Virus record (IMG/VR): IMGVR_UViG_3300025151_000023
Span: 21,743-85,742 of that record
Reading direction: 5' to 3' (one strand)
Origin: a virus
DNA length: 64,000 bases
Each line of letters opens with the position of its first letter. Positions within the stretch are counted from its first letter, which is position 1. The notes below the pieces were generated by a model that worked only from the letters and a program-made list of their open reading frames with translations, had not been told where the DNA came from and ran no database searches. This document shows, piece after piece, positions 38,579 to 49,056 of this stretch. The translations under genes and the position numbers were made by a program.

Positions 38579-38604
38579 ACACACACTATATTATATTAAT
38601 ATTG

Positions 38605-39651
38605 TTATGTCAAATCTTTATATAAATTATTATCCAGATTGTATTTCCAATTGGCGCCACTATCTAATAACTGATTTGTAATTTTACTGTACTGCTCGAC
38701 TATTCTGTTAATATTTTGCTCATCTGGAAAAACAAAACTATCTTGCTCATCTTCATCTTGTAAAATTTTTCTCATGCTGGTTAACCTTTTGATAGCATGA
38801 ATGTGTTCAGCAGTTTGCTCACCAACTTCAAGTATTGTCTTTCTAAGCTCTGTAAGTGTATTAGCTGACTTTTCAAAAATAACTTTGCTTTCAAACCCGG
38901 TCTTGCCGTCCAGCCCAATCTCCCAACTATTGATAATGTCTGCGTATTTTGGATTCAGTTTGTTCAAACATTTACATAGCTTCTTTCTTTGTAACATAAG
39001 CTCGGTGTACCTGCGTGCTGAATGTTGCTGTTTGTCTTGTTTACTCCATGGCCTGCCCAAATATGACAAAGTTATTTCTAAGGCTTTTTTAATTTCATCT
39101 CTAGTATGCATGTTGGATCTAACAACAACATGTGGCAAATTCTCTATTAGTTTTTCCATTTTGTCATCATAATATTTGCTTTTCATTTTTTGCAACCACG
39201 GGTAGTACCAATAGTACACTTTCTCGAGATCATTGTCTTTGTATGCTGTTACAATCTTTTTATCAATAAAAGAGTTGCCTGTGAAAGCATCAGACCATTT
39301 GGCTTGCTCTTTTCTGTTGAATTTGCTATTAGTAAACATCCAATTTTTGGATTTGCCAAGATTAAGTCTTAGTTTAAGTAATCTCTTTTTTGCCCATATG
39401 GTTGTGTCAGGATTTGTTAGCCAAATTATCTTCCTGTTTTTTGCATTTGTAAATGCATCTTCTTCCCATGGCACATGTACTTTGATGCATCTACTTCCGT
39501 TCCTGGCAAATTTCCAAGTAAAATCATTTGATTCTATTGCAGTGCCATTTGAATTAATAGTAGGTTCTACTCCGTTCAACATGTAGTTGATCATAGACAT
39601 GAGAAAGTCACCGCCTTCGCCACCTTGCCATGCAAAAAAATAATGGATCAA
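38605..39651 (-). CDS. Hypothetical protein
   Basis: 348-aa ORF; N-terminal GGEGGDF resembles a divergent P-loop/sulfotransferase start. Confidence 0.6.
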   Translation of the reverse strand: MIHYFFAWQGGEGGDFLMSMINYMLNGVEPTINSNGTAIESNDFTWKFARNGSRCIKVHVPWEEDAFTNAKNRKIIWLTNPDTTIWAKKRLLKLRLNLGKSKNWMFTNSKFNRKEQAKWSDAFTGNSFIDKKIVTAYKDNDLEKVYYWYYPWLQKMKSKYYDDKMEKLIENLPHVVVRSNMHTRDEIKKALEITLSYLGRPWSKQDKQQHSARRYTELMLQRKKLCKCLNKLNPKYADIINSWEIGLDGKTGFESKVIFEKSANTLTELRKTILEVGEQTAEHIHAIKRLTSMRKILQDEDEQDSFVFPDEQNINRIVEQYSKITNQLLDSGANWKYNLDNNLYKDLT

Positions 39652-39655
39652 AAAT

Positions 39656-40441
39656 TTATCCTATATGGAATGATAAAGGAGTGCCGCCTTCAGCGTAGTT
39701 GCCAATTTCTTGTTCTAGTTTGGTCATTTCATTGATGCCTTCGTTTTTCAAAGTATCACCATTTAGACTTGCTCCACCTTGTGGTCCAGCAATAGTTTGA
39801 AATTTTGATCTAGCTTCACCAAGTGTCATTTTAGATACAGCAAGAGTGTATTCTCTAATCCACGGTTTTGCGTAAATGTCACTTAGCAATATAAAGTCTG
39901 GACGATAATTATATTGTTCTATAAGCACAGTTTCGAGAGACCTTTGTCTTCTAAAAATGCTTAATCTTCTAGTTGGTTGATCATATTTAAAATTAATAAA
40001 CCCGCCAAACATTCTTGCAACTAATTCTTGATATCCAGCAAACATGTTATATGTTGCTAAGCCACCTATTCTACCTGTTTGTAGTAGATACACATTAGTA
40101 TATGCAAGTTCAAAGGGATCAAACACTGTGCCACCTTCTGAAGAAGAAGCGCCGCCTACTGTTCTTCTGTAAATTTTGCTTACATGTGTGACTTCTGCAG
40201 GCATTGTATATTCTGTTTGATCTTCTTGTAATTCTAAAAATCCATAAGATTCTTCTACTGAATTAGATGATCTTTGCCTAAATTTGTCAACAGCAGAAGT
40301 AAAAGCCATTTGTAAATGCTTTGGATCTAATTCGACCTCGATCATGCCGTCGCCTAATCTGGTTTTTACATAATCAAATATTTCCTGCTTTGCCGCATTT
40401 ACTTGTGCGTCTGTAGTAGCTGAGAGTCCTGTGTCTGGCAT
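39656..40441 (-). CDS. gp13: Neck protein (head-tail adaptor)
   Basis: RLGDGMIEVEL, LGEARSKF and GPQGG.SLNG motifs. True start ATG 40441, 5 nt after TATAAATA. Confidence 0.85.
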   Translation of the reverse strand: MPDTGLSATTDAQVNAAKQEIFDYVKTRLGDGMIEVELDPKHLQMAFTSAVDKFRQRSSNSVEESYGFLELQEDQTEYTMPAEVTHVSKIYRRTVGGASSSEGGTVFDPFELAYTNVYLLQTGRIGGLATYNMFAGYQELVARMFGGFINFKYDQPTRRLSIFRRQRSLETVLIEQYNYRPDFILLSDIYAKPWIREYTLAVSKMTLGEARSKFQTIAGPQGGASLNGDTLKNEGINEMTKLEQEIGNYAEGGTPLSFHIG

Positions 40442-40446
40442 ATGTG

Positions 40447-40466
40447 TATTTATAGAACCATAAATA
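40447..40466. promoter_or_regulatory. Back-to-back T4-type late promoter boxes
   Basis: TATAAATA (minus, 40447-40454) and TAAATA (plus, 40461-40466) driving divergent gp13 and gp14. Confidence 0.7.
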
Positions 40467-40472
40467 TGTAAA

Positions 40473-41624
40473 ATGCCAAGACTGTCTTTATATAAACCAG
40501 AAAAAGGTAATGATTTCGCCTTCCAAGATCGTAACATTTCTGAAGCGTTTCAAGTGGGCGGCACAGATGCGTATATCCACAAGTACATGGGTCCTGTTGA
40601 TCAAGGTGGTGATGATAAAACACAGCCACAAAGATCAGGTGATTCATTAAACGAACTGGCTATACAAGATATGCTGTTTCTTGAAAACAGAGACCGCAGG
40701 TATGATCCAGATGTATATCACACAAGAACAATTTATAATGTAAGTGATATAGATTTTGATCTTACACAGTTTGGTATGTTTTTACAAAATGATCAAGTAT
40801 TTTTTACATTCCATATTAAAGATATAGTTGATATTTTAGGTAGAAAAATTATGTCAGGTGATGTAATTGAACTGCCACATTTAAAAGATGAATATTCACT
40901 AGATGAAACTGACACAGAAGTATTAAAAAGATATTATGTAGTAGAAGATGTATCACGTGCGGCAGAAGGGTTTTCAAAAACATGGTGGCCACATTTATAC
41001 AGAGTAAGGTGTAAGGGCATAACAGACGCACAAGAATACAGAGATATATTAGGCGATAAAACAGAAAATACTGCACAAAAAACACGTGATAAAGAACTTG
41101 AGATCAATGATGCAGTTGTTGATCAAGCAGAAGTAGAAGCACCTGAATCAGGCTACAACACAAAACAATATCATGTAATGCCTACAGACGAAGAAGGCAA
41201 AGTTGCATTGGTGACTGTTGACGATGAAGATTTAAAGGTTGACACAGGACATCTCAACGTTGATGCTGTGTATCAAACTCCAGGAGCAAATGGTTGGATA
41301 GAAGGATATTTGACTGCTGATGGACTGCCAGCAAATGGCGAAACATATTCGTTTGGTACATCATGGCCAACTAAACCGATTGAAGGCATGTTCTTTTTGC
41401 GTACAGATTACACACCGAACAGATTATTTAGATATGATGGTAGACGTTTTGTTAAGATCGAAGATGATGTGAGAGTAACCATGACACAAACTGACACTCG
41501 TAACACAAGTAAAACTTCATTTATTAACAACAGTAACACAACAACAAGTGCCTCAGATGGGTCAACTACTACACCAGAACGTGTTGCACTTAGTAAATTA
41601 CTTAAACCACAGGCGGACAACTAA
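40473..41624 (+). CDS. gp14: Neck/head-closure protein
   Basis: IQDMLFLENRDR.Y, FDLTQFG and GDVIELPH motifs; synteny gp13-gp14-gp15. Confidence 0.7.
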   Translation: MPRLSLYKPEKGNDFAFQDRNISEAFQVGGTDAYIHKYMGPVDQGGDDKTQPQRSGDSLNELAIQDMLFLENRDRRYDPDVYHTRTIYNVSDIDFDLTQFGMFLQNDQVFFTFHIKDIVDILGRKIMSGDVIELPHLKDEYSLDETDTEVLKRYYVVEDVSRAAEGFSKTWWPHLYRVRCKGITDAQEYRDILGDKTENTAQKTRDKELEINDAVVDQAEVEAPESGYNTKQYHVMPTDEEGKVALVTVDDEDLKVDTGHLNVDAVYQTPGANGWIEGYLTADGLPANGETYSFGTSWPTKPIEGMFFLRTDYTPNRLFRYDGRRFVKIEDDVRVTMTQTDTRNTSKTSFINNSNTTTSASDGSTTTPERVALSKLLKPQADN

Positions 41625-43135
41625 TGCAACATTTTTATGACGCACAGATAAGAAGATATATTTTGCAGTTTATTAGAATGATGTCTAACTTTACATACGT
41701 AACAGGACAGAATTCAAAAGGTGTATCAGAAACGTTGCAAGTGCCTGTCAAATACGGAGACATGAGTAGACAGGTTGCACACATTATTAAAAAAGGTTCG
41801 GAAAACACACTAATACCTGCTCCGCAAGTTTCTGTGTACATCACTGGATTAGGCTATGACAGACCGAGAATGCAAAATCCATATCACATAGATAAAAAAC
41901 ATATTCGTGAAAGAGAATTTGATACTTCAACATCAGAATATACAGGTGCGCCAGGACAAGCACACACTATTGAAAGAATCATGCCTACGCCTTTTCAGAT
42001 TACTTGGAAAGCTGATATATTTTGCACAAACACAGATCAAAAATTACAAATACTTGAACAAATACTTGTGTTGTTCAATCCTGCTTTGGAATTACAAACT
42101 ACTGATAATTTTTTAGACTGGACATCATTAAGCTACGTAGAACTGACTGATGTTAATTTTACTTCACGTGTGATACCACAAGGCATTGCAGATGAACTCG
42201 ACGTTGCATCGTTGACGTTTACAACACCAATTTGGTTATCGCCTCCAGCCAAACTTAAAAAACTTGGTGTTATTGAAAAAATTGTAATGAGCATCTACGA
42301 CGAAGAAGCAGGCACAGTAGATGTTGATGGTATTCTTGGAGAAAGTTTAATATCAAGACAAAATGTAACACCAGGACAGTATGGATTGTTAGTTTTAGGT
42401 AACAGACTCACGTTGTTAGGCGCTTCAAGCACTACAGATCATTCACATGCAGATAACAGATCCAATAAAGCATTTGAATCACAGTCACAGTACGGCACAA
42501 AAATAAATTGGACTAAGTTAGAAGCATTGTATTCTAAACAATTCACAGGCGGGATATCTGTAATAAAATTACAGCAAAGTGTGACTACAATCAGTAATGA
42601 GAATACTTTTATCAATGTTGAAGGCACAGTTGCTATTGATCCACAAGATGCAATGACCATGTTGTTCACAGTTGACTCTGACACAGTTCCGACTAATACG
42701 TTAGATGCTGTAGATGCCGTAATTAATCCATTAACGTTCAATCCAAGCAATGCCGCAGTTGGCACTAGATACTTGCTGACTGAGTCAATTGGTAGCCCAG
42801 TGAATTCAGAAAGTAAAACAGCTTCTGACACCGACAACAGAGCATCAGACGATACGCCTCCTCCATCAGCTGATGAAGAACCAAACACGTCTTCTGCTTG
42901 GGGTAATACTATAGCAAATGTAAATGATATTATACAATTAAATGCAGATGGTTTTTGGGATAGGAAGTTTGATGCTGATGCTAATACAGATTTGTCAGAT
43001 TCAACTTTTGCTACACAACAATACGTTACCAATCTTACTAGTGGTATACAATATAAATGGGTGCCAGCTAACAGCATGTGGGTCAAATCATATGAAGGCT
43101 TTTACGAGCCAGGTACTTGGTCTATTACTTTTTAA
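41624..43135 (+). CDS. gp15: Tail sheath stabilizer/terminator
   Basis: FYDAQIRRY, VPVKYG, QILEQILVLFNP and PIWLSPP motifs. Confidence 0.8.
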   Translation: MQHFYDAQIRRYILQFIRMMSNFTYVTGQNSKGVSETLQVPVKYGDMSRQVAHIIKKGSENTLIPAPQVSVYITGLGYDRPRMQNPYHIDKKHIREREFDTSTSEYTGAPGQAHTIERIMPTPFQITWKADIFCTNTDQKLQILEQILVLFNPALELQTTDNFLDWTSLSYVELTDVNFTSRVIPQGIADELDVASLTFTTPIWLSPPAKLKKLGVIEKIVMSIYDEEAGTVDVDGILGESLISRQNVTPGQYGLLVLGNRLTLLGASSTTDHSHADNRSNKAFESQSQYGTKINWTKLEALYSKQFTGGISVIKLQQSVTTISNENTFINVEGTVAIDPQDAMTMLFTVDSDTVPTNTLDAVDAVINPLTFNPSNAAVGTRYLLTESIGSPVNSESKTASDTDNRASDDTPPPSADEEPNTSSAWGNTIANVNDIIQLNADGFWDRKFDADANTDLSDSTFATQQYVTNLTSGIQYKWVPANSMWVKSYEGFYEPGTWSITF

Positions 43136-43151
43136 AGCATAAAATACATGT

Positions 43152-43574
43152 ATGAGTGAAATAATTTGTTCTGGATGCCTATTCTATTCTAAGGCAACCA
43201 AACGTTTTTTGTTTTTGCATAGAAATATTAAGCAAAAAGGCACTTGGGGCATTGTCGGTGGCAAATCATCTGACAAAGAATCACCGTGGCAGGGATTGCA
43301 AAGAGAAATTGTAGAAGAAGTTGGCTTTGCTCCTACAATTACCAAAAAGATTCCTTTGGAATTGTTTGTTTCAAAAGATACACGATTTAAATTTCACACG
43401 TTTGTTTGTGCAGTTGAACAAGAATTTATTCCAAAACTTAATGCAGAACATTCTGGCTATGCATGGGTAAGTGTCAACAGTTGGCCTATGCCATTGCACG
43501 ATGGTGTGAAAAAAACTTTACGGAATAAGTCAATAAAAACTAAATTGCAAACTATTTTAGACTTGATAGTCTAA
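43152..43574 (+). CDS. NUDIX hydrolase
   Basis: GGK...ESPWQGLQREIVEEVG Nudix box. Confidence 0.85.
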   Translation: MSEIICSGCLFYSKATKRFLFLHRNIKQKGTWGIVGGKSSDKESPWQGLQREIVEEVGFAPTITKKIPLELFVSKDTRFKFHTFVCAVEQEFIPKLNAEHSGYAWVSVNSWPMPLHDGVKKTLRNKSIKTKLQTILDLIV

Positions 43575-46500
43575 TTACATCATTGTTACGAAAATATCAA
43601 TAACACCTTCGCCTGAGCTTGATTCAACTGCTTTGCCTATTACAGTGCCTATTGAAGGGTTAGCTTCTGCTCTTGCTCGGCCGTTGCCTGCTGATACAAG
43701 CAAATCACCTGGTTCAATGTTTCCAGTAACTTTGCATGGAACACGTCCAGTCATTGCTAATTTTACACCTTGTGCACCTTCATTTAATAAAAATCCTGGT
43801 TCAGTTGAAACAACGCCAGCTACAGATTTATGTCCATCTTCATTACATTTTGCAACTTTCTTTTGACCTGCAAAATGCACTACATCTCCTGGCTCAAGGT
43901 CAGTGTCGTCTGTTGGAAAAATCTCCGCCAAATCCGCATACTGTGCCGCTGTAACTGTACCTGTAATGGTGCCAGTTACTCGCAACGCATCACGTATTGT
44001 TATTTGAGTTGAGTCGTGTGCAACCAGTGTGTCAGTTCTAATGTTCAGTATCTCTACCTCAGATGATGATTGTGATTCTATTGAATCTACAGTAATATTG
44101 GCATCTAGGGCAACCGTGAGTACCTGTGTACTGGATGTGTCAGTTGTGATACTATTACCACCGGATACTTGCAGTGGTTGTGTACCTAGGTCAACTTCCA
44201 TTTTGGTTGAATCATCACCTACAATTTCCAGTACTGAAGATAAATTTCCTACTTCTGTGTCAACATATGCTTTAACTGATTGTTGTGTTGGAATAAGTGA
44301 AGCCGAGTTAGAAGACATGTCGTCTTCGTCAACAAATGCTGTTGCTGTGATAGTACCATCTGATAATGAGCCAAATGTGACTGTGCCTTCAACGTCTAAT
44401 GCATCATCTATATTAATTGAACCTGATGCATCAGCTTTAATTGGACCACTGATAGTAATACCATCATTGAAAAATACGCTGGTAGAATCAGCTGATGAAA
44501 TAGTTTCAACTACTAGCGCCGCACCAGTAATAGTTCCAAATGTTCCAATATCTTTTGATGCATCTACAACTACTGCTTTATTTGCCGCCACAGTACCGTT
44601 GGTAATGCCATCTAATTTTTCTAGATCAGTTTCATTCATATCAGCTGAGCCAATAACAAATGAGCCCGATGTTGTTACATCGCCAGTTGCTGTTATAGTT
44701 GATGCTGTTGTGATTGCTCCTTCAACGTCCAGTGCGTCATCAATATTGATACTCGCAGATGCATCTGATTTGATTGGGCCACTTAACGTTATACCATCGT
44801 TGAAAAACACACTGGTAGAATCAGCTGATGAAATAGTTTCTACAACCAAGGCCGCCCCAGTAATTGTTCCAAAAGTTCCTATGTCTTTTGATGCATCTAC
44901 AACTACTGCTTTGTTTGCCGCCACAGTACCGTTGGTTATGCCATCAAGTTTTGTTAAGTCAGTTTCGTTAATATCAGCTGACCCAATAACAAATGATGTA
45001 CCGGCAGTGATTGCTCCAGTCGTTGTTACAGTTGCTCCTTCAATGTTTGCAACTAATGTTGCTGTTGATGAATCTGTAATTGCTGTTGCATCATGTCCTG
45101 AAGTTGATAGCACAGCTTTAAATTTGTCATCTCCTTCATTCCAATACAGCACAGCATTATTGCCAGCTGAACCACGTTCAATCATTATACCAGCGTCGAC
45201 ATCACTGCCGCCTGAATTTGTTTTTGACAGAATCATTAATGGATCAGCAACTGTCACGTTTGTTGTATCTACATAAGTTGTTGTTCCTGAAACTGTTAGA
45301 TCGCCTGCTATGTTCGCCGCACCACCTATAGTTAAATTACCGCTAATGTTAGCAGTGCTGGCTCCAACTATTGCACCACTGATGTTTACACCTTCATTAA
45401 TTTGTATAGCTGTAGAGTCACTGGTTTGAAAAACTTGTGCATCAATTATGTCTGCGTTAAGTGTGCCTGTTGCAGTGATAGTAGCGCCTTGAATTGTTCC
45501 TGTTGCAGTTACATTTCTTAATGAATCAATATCGATGTTAGAGTCAGCGACTAGTGCCTTATTAGCGGCCGCAGTACCATCAGTAATGCCATCTAATTTT
45601 TCTAGATCAGTTTCACTCATATCAGCTGACCCAATAACAAATGAACCTACTGCTGTAACATTGCCACCGGCTGTAATAGCGCCACCTGATGTAATTGCAC
45701 CTTCAACGTCCAGTGCATCATCTATGTTAATTGAAGCTGATGCGTCTGATTTGATTGGGCCACTTAGTGTAATACCATCATTGAAAAACACACTTGTTGA
45801 ATCAGCAGAACTAATAGTTTCAACTACTAGAGCCGCGCCTGTGATAGTGCCAAAAGTCCCTATGTCTTTTGATGCATCAACAACTACGGCCTTGCTTGCC
45901 GCTACTGTTCCGTTTGTGATGCCATCTAATTTTTCTAGATCAGTTTCACTCATATCAGCTGAGCCAATAACAAATGAACCACTTGTTGTAATATTTCCTG
46001 TTGCTGTTACAGTAGATGCTGTTGTAATTGCGCCTTCAACATCTAGAGCATCGTCTATGTTTATGGTTGCAGAATCGTCAGCTTTAATTGGTCCTGCTAC
46101 AGTTATACCATCATTGAAAAACACACTGGTGGAATCAGCTGATGATATTGTTTCTACAACTAATGCACTACCTGTGATAGTGCCAAATGTGCCTATGTCT
46201 TTTGATGCATCAACAACAACTGCTTTGTTTGCCGCCACAGTACCATTTGTAATTCCGTCTAATTTTTCTAGATCAGTTTCATTCATATCAGCTGAGCCAA
46301 TAATAAATGATCCTGTTGCAGTTACATTATTAAATGAACCTATATCTAAATTTGAATCAACAACAACTGCTTTGTTTGCCGCCACTGTACCATTTGTAAT
46401 TCCGTCTAATTTTTCTAGATCAGTTTCATTCATATCAGCTGAGCCAATTATGAAAGAACTACCAGATGTTATACTGCCAGATGATGCAACACTACCATCA

Positions 46501-46886
46501 ATGCTTATGATTGATGAATCTTCTGCTCTTAATGTTCCTTGAAGTAGTAAATCGTCTTTTATTGTTATGCCAGTTGAATCTTGTGAAGATATTTCATTTA
46601 CATCAAGGACATTCACACTCAACGTGCCTGATACATTAAGATCATCTTGTACTTGTACACCTGTTGAATCTGATGAAGCAATTACATCTACATCGCCTTG
46701 ATCTGCAAACTCTAAGCCATCACCCGCGGCATTTACTCTTAATACTTGCCCTACTGTGCCTATTGTAAGAGCCGATCCTGTACCGCCGTTTGCTAAAGGT
46801 ACAGTTTCACCTGACTGAAACTCCCCAAGCCCTGTGGCAACATTGTCACTGTTGAATACTACTCTTACTGGTGTTTTATCTGGCAT
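43575..46886 (-). CDS. Repeat-rich tail fibre / virion fibre with C-terminal chaperone-like domain
   Basis: Six IGSADxxETDLxKLDGITxGT repeats; C-terminal AQYADLAE...PGDVV...GVVSTEPG...GRVPCKV...GDLLVS domain; TATAAATA upstream. Confidence 0.8.
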   Translation of the reverse strand: MPDKTPVRVVFNSDNVATGLGEFQSGETVPLANGGTGSALTIGTVGQVLRVNAAGDGLEFADQGDVDVIASSDSTGVQVQDDLNVSGTLSVNVLDVNEISSQDSTGITIKDDLLLQGTLRAEDSSIISIDGSVASSGSITSGSSFIIGSADMNETDLEKLDGITNGTVAANKAVVVDSNLDIGSFNNVTATGSFIIGSADMNETDLEKLDGITNGTVAANKAVVVDASKDIGTFGTITGSALVVETISSADSTSVFFNDGITVAGPIKADDSATINIDDALDVEGAITTASTVTATGNITTSGSFVIGSADMSETDLEKLDGITNGTVAASKAVVVDASKDIGTFGTITGAALVVETISSADSTSVFFNDGITLSGPIKSDASASINIDDALDVEGAITSGGAITAGGNVTAVGSFVIGSADMSETDLEKLDGITDGTAAANKALVADSNIDIDSLRNVTATGTIQGATITATGTLNADIIDAQVFQTSDSTAIQINEGVNISGAIVGASTANISGNLTIGGAANIAGDLTVSGTTTYVDTTNVTVADPLMILSKTNSGGSDVDAGIMIERGSAGNNAVLYWNEGDDKFKAVLSTSGHDATAITDSSTATLVANIEGATVTTTGAITAGTSFVIGSADINETDLTKLDGITNGTVAANKAVVVDASKDIGTFGTITGAALVVETISSADSTSVFFNDGITLSGPIKSDASASINIDDALDVEGAITTASTITATGDVTTSGSFVIGSADMNETDLEKLDGITNGTVAANKAVVVDASKDIGTFGTITGAALVVETISSADSTSVFFNDGITISGPIKADASGSINIDDALDVEGTVTFGSLSDGTITATAFVDEDDMSSNSASLIPTQQSVKAYVDTEVGNLSSVLEIVGDDSTKMEVDLGTQPLQVSGGNSITTDTSSTQVLTVALDANITVDSIESQSSSEVEILNIRTDTLVAHDSTQITIRDALRVTGTITGTVTAAQYADLAEIFPTDDTDLEPGDVVHFAGQKKVAKCNEDGHKSVAGVVSTEPGFLLNEGAQGVKLAMTGRVPCKVTGNIEPGDLLVSAGNGRARAEANPSIGTVIGKAVESSSGEGVIDIFVTMM

Positions 46887-46905
46887 GTACGATATTTATA
46901 ATACG

Positions 46906-47925
46906 TTAAAACTGAAATAGTGTAATGGCATCGGCTGCCGCAAAATCAGTGCCGTCAGATAGGGTAAATGTTTGTCCAGCTTCTGTGTAAATGGGCACAG
47001 TGTCCACTGTACCGTTGAATTCTAATGTTGTAGCGGCTGTTCCTGCAAGTAGTTGTGCATCAGTGAGCGATGTGCTACCATCAGATGTAAAAATTTTTAC
47101 TAATTGCACTGGTCTTGCAGTTGTGGCAGCCGTGGCTCCGCCAACTATGATTGTGCTTGTGCCTACTTTGGAATTAGTAGGTAAAGTAATACCCGAAGAT
47201 GAAACTTCTAACGTACCTGTCCCATCCGACTTAATTGTAGCACCGCCTATATCTAAAGTTTCTGCGGCTAAAAATGCTGTCTTCCATCTTTTGCCTGCCT
47301 TGCCTAAATCAAAAACTCCATTTTGACTAGGTACTAAATGACCTGCAAATTCAAAGCCTGTGTCAGTGGAATCATCTATAGTAAAACTGCTACCTGCTAT
47401 TCTTATATTTTCAATGCCAACGCCTACTGTACTACTATCCTGCACAGAAAGTTTTGATCCAGCTATTTGCAAGTCGCCAAGATCAGCACTTACCGATGAT
47501 CCGTCGATGGTTAATGTATCTCCAGAAACTGTAGCAGTGATACCACCTGCCCCTACTAAATTTAATGTCGATCCATCAGCAATAGAAATAGTTGCAGATG
47601 TTGTATCACCAAAACTTATTCCTTGTGCTTGTGATGATCCGGTTATTGTTAATGTGCCATCTGAATTAGCAGACGTTGTGATTCCAGTGCCACCTCTAAG
47701 ATATAAAGAACCTCCACTTGCTATTTCGATTGTTGCTGAATCATCTGCTACAAATAAAGTAGTACCACCACCGCCACCAGTTGAGACCTCAGTACCACCT
47801 GGGGTAACACCGTCACCTATTCTCAATGCACCAGTTACAGTATCATGTGCTAGGTATGTTGCCTCAATTACGTGTGTTGATATATCTTCATTTTTAAAGG
47901 AGCCTTTTATTTTTCTAAAAGCCAT
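46906..47925 (-). CDS. Virion fibre/structural protein
   Basis: LRIGDGVTPGG N-terminal motif, G/S/T-rich body and FDLG...RWKT motif. Confidence 0.65.
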   Translation of the reverse strand: MAFRKIKGSFKNEDISTHVIEATYLAHDTVTGALRIGDGVTPGGTEVSTGGGGGTTLFVADDSATIEIASGGSLYLRGGTGITTSANSDGTLTITGSSQAQGISFGDTTSATISIADGSTLNLVGAGGITATVSGDTLTIDGSSVSADLGDLQIAGSKLSVQDSSTVGVGIENIRIAGSSFTIDDSTDTGFEFAGHLVPSQNGVFDLGKAGKRWKTAFLAAETLDIGGATIKSDGTGTLEVSSSGITLPTNSKVGTSTIIVGGATAATTARPVQLVKIFTSDGSTSLTDAQLLAGTAATTLEFNGTVDTVPIYTEAGQTFTLSDGTDFAAADAITLFQF

Positions 47926-47928
47926 GTG

Positions 47929-48300
47929 TTACTCCTTTTTGTCTTCGTCTTCTTCTTCTTTTTCTGTTGGCTGACCTTGATCATCCACTGTATAATTTTT
48001 ATCTCCGCCTAGCAGTGTTGGTAACGGAATACTGTCTTGTTCAGCTTCTATGTCTTCTTTGTCTGTCATGTCATCAATGGTTTCAGATGATTTGCCTTGA
48101 TCTGCTTTTTTAAGTTCTATTTCTTGCTGTAATGGAAACACTGTGTTTGATTTTTCTGGATCAGAACCATCATCTGGTTTGTCTGTAGGCTGGTCTTTTT
48201 CGACTTTTACTGATTTGCCAAAGATTTGTTTTATTGCTTCAGCATCTTCGTCATTGTCTAACGTACCATCTATTATTATTTTAAAGTCTCTAAATTTCAC
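47929..48300 (-). CDS. Hypothetical acidic late protein
   Basis: Likely GTG start at 48300, 8 nt after TAAATA; contains PLQQEIELKK. Confidence 0.6.
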   Translation of the reverse strand: MKFRDFKIIIDGTLDNDEDAEAIKQIFGKSVKVEKDQPTDKPDDGSDPEKSNTVFPLQQEIELKKADQGKSSETIDDMTDKEDIEAEQDSIPLPTLLGGDKNYTVDDQGQPTEKEEEDEDKKE

Positions 48301-48357
48301 AGCAAAATTATTTATCGAATGCTCCATGTCGCTGTCTAAAATGCATTAACTACAAAT

Positions 48358-49056
48358 ATGAGTCTAAAATATGCTTTGCATCATATACCAAAATGTGCAG
48401 GTTCTACTATACAAATGCGTATGATACAAGCTGAATACAACAAAGAATTACCAGCTGGATCAACGTTAATTAGGTATGAAGCAGTTGGGCGAGAATGGGA
48501 ATATAGATTAGCTGATGACCCGGATTATAATCCAGATGAATCATTACATCAACACACATTGCCAAGGCATAGAGGTAAACAACAAACAGGCAATCATGAC
48601 GTTATTATTGCCATGGGACATCTTATTGATCATACGTGGCCTGGTGAACATTTAACATGGATTAGGAATCCTTTAGAGAGGGATATATCTCATTTTAATT
48701 ACGATTTAAATCTTGGAAGACATACTAAATCATGGAGTAATTGGAATGGCGTTACGCCTCCTAATTGGATATGTATGTGGCTGTATACTCAATATTTAAA
48801 ACAACCTTATACTGATGACGAACAAATGTTTGAAGCTGTAACAAACTGTAAATTAAACATAAGAACTTTAGAGAATTTAGAAAAAGATTATGCTGGTATG
48901 TGTGCAAATCTTAACATCAATGTTAGCAAAGCAAACGACAATTCAAGTATGAAAAAAGGCAAAATGATTAGTATAGATGATATGTCATATGATGATATTG
49001 AAAACCACAAAGTTGAAAATTATTATGATTGGAAACTGTACGAGTTGTATAAATGA
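48358..49056 (+). CDS. Sulfotransferase-like protein
   Basis: HHIPKCAGST and WIRNPLERDISHF motifs. Confidence 0.65.
   Translation: MSLKYALHHIPKCAGSTIQMRMIQAEYNKELPAGSTLIRYEAVGREWEYRLADDPDYNPDESLHQHTLPRHRGKQQTGNHDVIIAMGHLIDHTWPGEHLTWIRNPLERDISHFNYDLNLGRHTKSWSNWNGVTPPNWICMWLYTQYLKQPYTDDEQMFEAVTNCKLNIRTLENLEKDYAGMCANLNINVSKANDNSSMKKGKMISIDDMSYDDIENHKVENYYDWKLYELYK

Noticed and set aside
40442-40537. Overlap of gp13 and gp14 5' ends given by the ORF track
   Set aside because: Artifact of an upstream alternative start; divergent late boxes support ATG 40441 and ATG 40473.
44029-46542. Long plus-strand ORFs (415 aa and 335 aa) antisense to the fibre gene
   Set aside because: Shadow frames produced by the codon bias of a repetitive G/T/S/A-rich gene; no protein motifs or RBS.
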